DNA from: an uncultured virus (IMG/VR IMGVR_UViG_3300025413_000017)
Taxonomy: Duplodnaviria; Heunggongvirae; Uroviricota; Caudoviricetes
IMG/VR virus record: IMGVR_UViG_3300025413_000017
Coordinates: 1 to 64,000 of that record
Strand: one strand, 5' to 3'
Length of the DNA stretch: 64,000 nucleotides
The translations under genes and the position numbers were made by a program. Position 1 is the stretch's first letter. Each line of letters starts with the position of its first letter. Under the pieces are notes generated by a model. The model worked only from the letters and a program-made list of their open reading frames with translations, had not been told where the DNA came from and did no database searches. Shown here one piece after another: positions 58,549 through 64,000 of this stretch.

Positions 58549-58566
58549 GATTTGTTGCTAAGACAA

Positions 58567-59565
58567 TTAAGCCTTAACGATCTTACCAAGTCCGCGTGGG
58601 TTGAGAACAATCTCTGATACGAGCTCGTCCATGACCCATCCCTTGTGGAACTTCTCAGGTGTGTGGTTCTCTTCAACATCGAGTGAGTACATAACTGGGA
58701 ATACACCGAGGAACTCTGGTGATGGAGTCATGTAAACTGTTCCTTGTGGAACTTCAATTGAACGTTGAACTTGGAAGCCACCGAATTGAACGATACGCTC
58801 ACCGGCAACTACACGGTCCTTGAAGGCCCAACCAGTTTGGTTAATGTCCCACTTGTAAAGGTCACGGTAGTCAATTGGGTTGAACAATAGACGTGAAGCC
58901 TCAAGTTGGTGAACTTCAATCAATGCTACGAGGTCGTACATTGAGTCAGGAGTAATGTATCCTGAAAGTTCATTAACGATGTGGTTAGGTGAAACTGTGT
59001 GGTTAGGGTCAACAGCGTAGTTGTTGATAGCAGCTTCAAGAACAGTGATAAGACGTGCGTCTTCCTGCATCATGATTGCTTGCTTACTCATGTCCTGAGC
59101 ATATTCTACGATGTTAACACGAAGGTACCAAAGGTCTTCCTTCTTAATCTGAGGGAAGGTTGCAATACGGAACAAACGTACTGGAACTTTCTTACCTTCG
59201 AATGAAGTTACACGAACTTCTCCTTCGTTTCCAGAAAGAACGTAAGCCTGACCATATTCGTCAAGGACATCGTACATAACTGGTACACCAGGTGTTAGTG
59301 GATCTTCAAGAAGTACGTTACGGGTCATACCCTGGTAACGAAGCTTAAGCTGGATTGGACCAATCATTCCCTGACCAAGACGAACCATGTAGTTGTCCTT
59401 GTCAGCAAGAATTGAAGCCAAACGGCGTTGCTTTTCCTGGTTTGTAGCTGCAGTACGTCCTGTAGCGGTCTTTAGACGGTCCTTTGCCTCGAGAATCTCG
59501 GCAACATAGTCGTCAGAGCGCTTGGCAGTGCGTGGAGCCAAGTGTTCGGTGCTGTATGAACTCAT
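58567..59565 (-). CDS. Major capsid protein (Bxz1-like)
   Basis: LGQGMIGPIQLKLRYQG..RNVLLED, FRIATFPQIKKEDL and GWVMDELV....NPRG; start set at the AAAGGA-preceded ATG. Confidence 0.88.
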   Translation of the reverse strand: MSSYSTEHLAPRTAKRSDDYVAEILEAKDRLKTATGRTAATNQEKQRRLASILADKDNYMVRLGQGMIGPIQLKLRYQGMTRNVLLEDPLTPGVPVMYDVLDEYGQAYVLSGNEGEVRVTSFEGKKVPVRLFRIATFPQIKKEDLWYLRVNIVEYAQDMSKQAIMMQEDARLITVLEAAINNYAVDPNHTVSPNHIVNELSGYITPDSMYDLVALIEVHQLEASRLLFNPIDYRDLYKWDINQTGWAFKDRVVAGERIVQFGGFQVQRSIEVPQGTVYMTPSPEFLGVFPVMYSLDVEENHTPEKFHKGWVMDELVSEIVLNPRGLGKIVKA

Positions 59566-59581
59566 TTTAAAAGTTCCTTTC

Positions 59582-60106
59582 TTAGTTAACGCCAACAGGC
59601 ACTAGGCGGATAACAATTTGGGTTGGCCCAAGAACGTCAATAAGTTCAGCAACTGGAGTGGCGTTAGCGTTAGGAGCAGCTGAAGTCAGCATTCCCTTAG
59701 CAGAACCTGTACCTGCGTACAAGAATGTACGGGCACCAGTTGTTGATACTGAGTATGATTGAGTAGTGTCAAAAGCAGGAGCCGTAATGGTGAAGAAAGC
59801 ATTCTCACCACCGAGCCATACGGCCCAGGCGTTAACTCCAACTTGAGTCACATCATCAATGTTTGGGTTGCGGTCCAAGCAACTTAGACCAAATGGCTTT
59901 GGACTAGTTGATGCACCTGTAGCCGTGTTTCCATCGAATAGAGCAACAGTGTCGGGGCCGGTTCTGTAGACGACCATACCCGAGTAAATGTTACCCGTCT
60001 CCGAAGGATCCAGGAAAGTGTTGTATGGAGTAGCTTCGTACTTCTCATACAACGGACTGCACGTACGGTGCACTCCTACGTTGGCAACAGAGTTTAGCTG
60101 TAGCAT
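59582..60106 (-). CDS. Capsid decoration / minor capsid protein
   Basis: Directly upstream of the major capsid gene; R..PLY...EATPY..FLDP, IYSGMV and PAFDT motifs. Confidence 0.7.
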   Translation of the reverse strand: MLQLNSVANVGVHRTCSPLYEKYEATPYNTFLDPSETGNIYSGMVVYRTGPDTVALFDGNTATGASTSPKPFGLSCLDRNPNIDDVTQVGVNAWAVWLGGENAFFTITAPAFDTTQSYSVSTTGARTFLYAGTGSAKGMLTSAAPNANATPVAELIDVLGPTQIVIRLVPVGVN

Positions 60107-60126
60107 ATTTCTTTCTCCTTATGGGA

Positions 60127-61512
60127 TTATTTTAGTGTCATTAGCCAATCGTCAGCCTGTACGGACTGGCGAGTGACAGTTGAGGCAGTCGTCATACGAC
60201 CCATCTCGGGCAGGCGGTTTGCACCACTAGCCACTTTTTGGCTCCGGGGCTGACGGGCCCCAGACTCTTCGAGCATGTCGAGGCTAGCTTTAAAACCAGC
60301 AAGCTTTGCATCTGACATTTGCTCAAACTTTGCAACGTGCTTCATACGGTCATCTTCTGTGACCATACCAAGACGCTCAAGACGCTCTACAACCTGTAGT
60401 GCATCGAAAATCTTTTCACGACTTGCTTGAACCGAAGCAACAGTGCCTGCATATGGGGCAAGTGCTGGGTTAGTTCCATCGTAAGGGAATGGGTTACGGT
60501 CATCGTCCGCTTGTGGAGTCTTACCGGTTTCTGAACCATCATTGTAGTAGTTTACGTAACCAGCATCTTCGCCGTTTACTTCTTCTGGAACTTCAACGTT
60601 GGTAGTGTGGTCAGGAGTAACTGCATCTTGGTAGGTGAAGTGACTTCCTGAATCATCAAGGTTACGAACATCTGTGATTTGGAGTGTCTCTTGGTTACCG
60701 TTAGTGGCTTCCTTTGGCTTCTTCTTACCGTCACAGTTCTCAGTCTTGCAACCAGGACCAGAGCACCATTCAGTGCGCTCAGCAAGCTTAGCAGCCTTCT
60801 TCTCGGACTTCTTCTTCTTTTTCTTGTCCTTCTTTTCCTTCATTTTTTCTACAAAATCGTCTTCATCTTTGTCATCCTCATCCTTGTCGTCTGAGTCTTC
60901 GTCCTTAGAAGCAAACTTATTGATTTCTTCAAGGTAACCCTCAAGGGCCTGAAGTTCTTCGTAAGCCTGCTTGTAATCAGCAGTTACGATAAGGTTGTCT
61001 TCGATTTCATTTACTAGACCAGCAACTGTACCTACTGAGTAAACTACATCTTGGTCATTAGAGGCAACACGAGCAAAATCAATTGCTGAAGTTGAGGCTG
61101 TGAAAAGGTTTGTGAAGTCGAAGTCAGATTGACTGTCAATAGCGTCACGAATTTCACGGCTTGCCTTGTAAACATTGTAGAGTGTGTCGTCTAGAGTATC
61201 TTCAGTTGAAGCATACATTTCACGACCTTCTGGGTAAACAGCACTTGAACCAGGACCACCAACAATTTCACCATTTTCGGCTGCATCAAGGTCTTGAACG
61301 TTAAGTACACGCTCTGCTGGGGTATTAGCTACCCAATCGGCCATTTCTTCTGCAGGTGCAGGTGCTTGACTACTTAGACCAAATGGACCATCAAGGTACA
61401 AGTTAGTAGTCTGGTCATATGGCATTTGGCGTGGAGTAGTTGAGCCTGGAAGACCTCTCTCCTGCCAAGCATTTTCTGCTTCTTTAACAAGTTCATCGTC
61501 AAATCGACTCAT
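60127..61512 (-). CDS. Capsid scaffolding protein
   Basis: Acidic, low-complexity protein with a helical C-terminus, between protease and capsid genes. Confidence 0.6.
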   Translation of the reverse strand: MSRFDDELVKEAENAWQERGLPGSTTPRQMPYDQTTNLYLDGPFGLSSQAPAPAEEMADWVANTPAERVLNVQDLDAAENGEIVGGPGSSAVYPEGREMYASTEDTLDDTLYNVYKASREIRDAIDSQSDFDFTNLFTASTSAIDFARVASNDQDVVYSVGTVAGLVNEIEDNLIVTADYKQAYEELQALEGYLEEINKFASKDEDSDDKDEDDKDEDDFVEKMKEKKDKKKKKKSEKKAAKLAERTEWCSGPGCKTENCDGKKKPKEATNGNQETLQITDVRNLDDSGSHFTYQDAVTPDHTTNVEVPEEVNGEDAGYVNYYNDGSETGKTPQADDDRNPFPYDGTNPALAPYAGTVASVQASREKIFDALQVVERLERLGMVTEDDRMKHVAKFEQMSDAKLAGFKASLDMLEESGARQPRSQKVASGANRLPEMGRMTTASTVTRQSVQADDWLMTLK

Positions 61513-62150
61513 TGTTTCTCCTCGTTGGTTTCTTCAGGCTTTTGGCCTTTTTGATTTTGAAAGAATTCATCCTGGGCTACTGCCTGGAGTGCATCCTTAC
61601 CTCTAGTAACCTTATCTGAAGAAGCAACCTGGTCATCATCTAGCATGTTTCCAATACTAGCTTTCTTGGTCTTCTTCTTAAGTTTACTTTTTTGTTTCTT
61701 TATTTTTTCTTTTACTGAGTGTTCAGCGGAAGGAATAAATCTGTTCTTTTTATTTTTAATAAGATCTGGATGTACACCTGTAAAAGAAGGACTTCTGTGA
61801 TTAAGTTCATCAGGAGGTGTTTCATGTCCACACTGCGGATTTTCGCACTGTATATTGAATCCCCTACGACCACACTTCGGGCACTTCTTTTCTTTTCCTG
61901 CTGGTGGAGCCGTAAAGTAATCAGTAAAGGCTAGGCTTTTAAAAGCTGCCTTTTGTTGAATCCCTTGCGACTCTTGCCACTCTTTGATTGCTTCCATGAC
62001 TTCTGGACTTACAAAAGCACAGTCTTCACAGATACCACCTCGGTAATTAGTCCCCTGGCATTGAGGGCAGTCACCTAGCACAGTAATGTTAATTCTTATA
62101 ACTTCCAAAGCCTCTTTAATGAGGTTTTCAGAAACTTTCATAATTGGCAT
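61509..62150 (-). CDS. Double zinc-ribbon protein with a basic tract
   Basis: CPQC..CEDC and CPKC..C....C motifs; Lys-rich run; TAATG-coupled start. Confidence 0.6.
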   Translation of the reverse strand: MPIMKVSENLIKEALEVIRINITVLGDCPQCQGTNYRGGICEDCAFVSPEVMEAIKEWQESQGIQQKAAFKSLAFTDYFTAPPAGKEKKCPKCGRRGFNIQCENPQCGHETPPDELNHRSPSFTGVHPDLIKNKKNRFIPSAEHSVKEKIKKQKSKLKKKTKKASIGNMLDDDQVASSDKVTRGKDALQAVAQDEFFQNQKGQKPEETNEEKQ

Positions 62151-62827
62151 TATTGTACGTACTTCTTTTGTAGCAGCCAAGCAGATTCATCGGCTGGGTC
62201 AAATACATAACTCAACTCGAAAAAGTTTGGCTTGTGGCAGTTTTCCCAAACAAGGCTTTCCACACGCTTGCCTTGCTTGTAAACAACTACCTTGCGACCT
62301 TTTAATGCAGGAATGTGAGTACAGTATTCTGCAGGCTTACTTGCATACCTTCCACAGGCACTACAAGTTGTACCGGCCACATCTGCACCCATACTTACAG
62401 CATTTAATCTATCTTCCATAATGGCCTTTGCCAACTTTGGAAAACTTTGAGCATCTACTTCCATAAGGCAATAGACACTAGCATCAACAATTCCACTCGC
62501 CAATTTTGTTTCACGATAAATAGCATCCTTGATTACTCCACGAGCTCTCTTTGGATCTTGATTATTGTGTTCAACAAAAACTGGGCGACCAATAAAGGTC
62601 TTGTAACCTTGCTTAATCTCATCTACTGGCCAACCATCATAGTTAGCATTTACACGAGAACTAATAGCACGAGCTACAGTATAGACAAAACCCTTTTTTT
62701 CTGAAAACTTAAAGTCATCAAAAGTTACTGGGTGAAGGTCAATACTTTCACGCTTACCCAAAGCAGATGTGGATGTACCACCCATCAACGTGACTGTAGG
62801 AGCGCCGAATTTAATCATGATATGCAT
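62150..62827 (-). CDS. Prohead / capsid maturation protease
   Basis: RAISSRVNANYDG, TFIGRPVFVEHNN, SMGA.V....CS.CG and FFELS.VFDPADE.A motifs. Confidence 0.8.
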   Translation of the reverse strand: MHIMIKFGAPTVTLMGGTSTSALGKRESIDLHPVTFDDFKFSEKKGFVYTVARAISSRVNANYDGWPVDEIKQGYKTFIGRPVFVEHNNQDPKRARGVIKDAIYRETKLASGIVDASVYCLMEVDAQSFPKLAKAIMEDRLNAVSMGADVAGTTCSACGRYASKPAEYCTHIPALKGRKVVVYKQGKRVESLVWENCHKPNFFELSYVFDPADESAWLLQKKYVQ

Positions 62828-62876
62828 TACCTTGCATAATTAAACAACCCCTTTACATTGTCCCAAACTAGGGATT

Positions 62877-63266
62877 TTATTGATGTTCATTTCTTCTAGA
62901 AAGCAACTCTTTTAATTCACTTAACATTATTTTGTGTTCTTCACTTACACTTAAGTGATAGGCTGCAAGTTCAGCAGCAATTCGGTCTGCTCTTTTGGCG
63001 GCGATGAGAAGGATTGCTCCCTGTAAACCAGCGAGGGTTGAGAGCATAAGGTTAAGAAGGATAAACGGGTAAACATCGAAAGGGTGATGTGAGTATCCGT
63101 TGTAAAGCATCCATGTAATCATTAAAACTACAAATGCAAAGACAAAAGGCCACGAACCCATGCCATGACGCATAGCGTCTGCAGCTTTTTCCCCTAATGT
63201 TCTATCATTTCCAGACCTAACATGTGGGTGATAATCCCAGTGACTTACTTTTTTAATCGTCCGCAT
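62877..63266 (-). CDS. DUF1003-family membrane protein
   Basis: T.GE.AAD....MGSW.F and FD.YPFILLNL.LS.LA..Q...LL.A..R motifs. Confidence 0.8.
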   Translation of the reverse strand: MRTIKKVSHWDYHPHVRSGNDRTLGEKAADAMRHGMGSWPFVFAFVVLMITWMLYNGYSHHPFDVYPFILLNLMLSTLAGLQGAILLIAAKRADRIAAELAAYHLSVSEEHKIMLSELKELLSRRNEHQ

Positions 63267-63594
63267 CAAGTAAACCTTCATGATAACCTAGATGACGGTT
63301 TAAATCACGACCAATACTGTCTACCTTGTGTTCTACACGGTCCCACTGGTCTTTAGAGCTAGAACCACCATTGTTTCGGTGTTGAGAAAGTAGTTGTTCA
63401 AACTTGTCATCCATGTCTGCTTTAGTAGCAGCAAGTTCTTTTTCAATTCGACTTAATTCTTTTGAATTGTGATGAGTGAAGTATTTTTGAACTACTTTAG
63501 CTAGTGCTGCTAAAGCACCAACGGTGAAAAATGCATTAGCAATATAGCCAAACCAAACATTTGAAGAGTTAAAAAAATTGGAAGCAAAAAACAT
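63253..63594 (-). CDS. Single-TM membrane protein with coiled coil (holin-like / lysis-associated candidate)
   Basis: N-terminal TM, NGGSS.KD...R.E motif and terminal H..H. Confidence 0.5.
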   Translation of the reverse strand: MFFASNFFNSSNVWFGYIANAFFTVGALAALAKVVQKYFTHHNSKELSRIEKELAATKADMDDKFEQLLSQHRNNGGSSSKDQWDRVEHKVDSIGRDLNRHLGYHEGLLDADD

Positions 63595-63596
63595 CT

Positions 63597-63776
63597 TTAC
63601 TCTTTAGTATAAATACTATTACTAAGATCTAGGTCATCAAAGTTGCGGGCAAGGGTACCCTCACCTTCTTCAATGATTGAAATCTTTTCAAGATTACTAA
63701 CTATACTAAGAAATGCCAAAGTAGGTTTTGCAGTCTTAGGAAGTATGGTTGGTTGTTTGTCTAGGAAACGGCTCAT
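63597..63776 (-). CDS. Hypothetical protein (59 aa, MSRFLDKQPTILPK...ARNFDDLDLSNSIYTKE)
   Basis: Read by hand; ATGA-coupled to the upstream ORF. Confidence 0.55.
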   Translation of the reverse strand: MSRFLDKQPTILPKTAKPTLAFLSIVSNLEKISIIEEGEGTLARNFDDLDLSNSIYTKE

Positions 63777-63994
63777 TCAGGGTTCTCCTCATTTGAAAAC
63801 TTATCTAGTCCTGCCCCATCAATCTTAGGGTAGTCCATTCCACCATCACTGCTTGCATGGGCATCAGTATCTGAAGTTGGAACCATAGCATCTGTTCCTT
63901 CTATGACTGAAGCCAAGTGTTCTTTAAATTCATCTTCGTTAAATTTTTGATAACTATCGTCAACAATGATTTGCATACCCTTAGCAAGTTTCAT
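63773..63994 (-). CDS. Hypothetical acidic protein (may be truncated by the window edge)
   Basis: ORF at the window end, coupled to the next gene. Confidence 0.45.
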   Translation of the reverse strand: MKLAKGMQIIVDDSYQKFNEDEFKEHLASVIEGTDAMVPTSDTDAHASSDGGMDYPKIDGAGLDKFSNEENPE

Positions 63995-64000
63995 ACGCTT

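Noticed and set aside
17735..60937. Many short alternative-frame and antisense ORFs (Val/Leu-rich or Thr/Ser/Cys-rich)
   Set aside because: They are shadows of biased codon usage inside long, well-supported genes and have no RBS or family motifs.
1..64000. Integrase, prophage boundary, intron or intein
   Set aside because: No recombinase, host genes, homing endonuclease or intein motifs were recognised, and genes are contiguous on one strand.

Overview
This window is a 64 kb segment of a large, AT-rich tailed phage (Caudoviricetes, contractile-tailed). Essentially all genes lie on the minus strand. The head and tail genes resemble Bxz1/Myrna-type (cluster C) actinophage myoviruses, and WhiB, an Rpf-like transglycosylase and an MSMEG_6728-like gene point to an Actinomycetota host (inference). 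In transcription order (right to left) the window holds: membrane proteins, prohead protease, scaffold, capsid genes, then a ~23 kb array of paralogous fibre/adhesin gene pairs containing an extremely basic repeat protein and an NlpC/P60 hydrolase. Next come neck, sheath, tube, a -1 frameshifted tail chaperone pair, tape measure and baseplate. The last block is non-structural and driven by SigA-type promoters: SNF2 helicase, Rpf, WhiB, three glycosyltransferases (GT2, GT4, GT17), three tRNAs, an HslV/proteasome-like protease, a MerR-like protein, a P-loop kinase and a DenV-like protein. The most unusual signals are: (1) a hairpin between two tRNAs that displays a near-exact copy of the 16S anti-Shine-Dalgarno sequence, plus two other GC-rich intergenic structures carrying CCUCC; (2) a tRNA-Ser with an A34 anticodon (ACU); (3) pervasive x-Ser-Gly motifs in surface virion proteins alongside a three-glycosyltransferase cluster, suggesting sequon-directed virion glycosylation; (4) a modular anchor/tip fibre system. 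All protein family assignments come from motif recognition by eye, not database searches.
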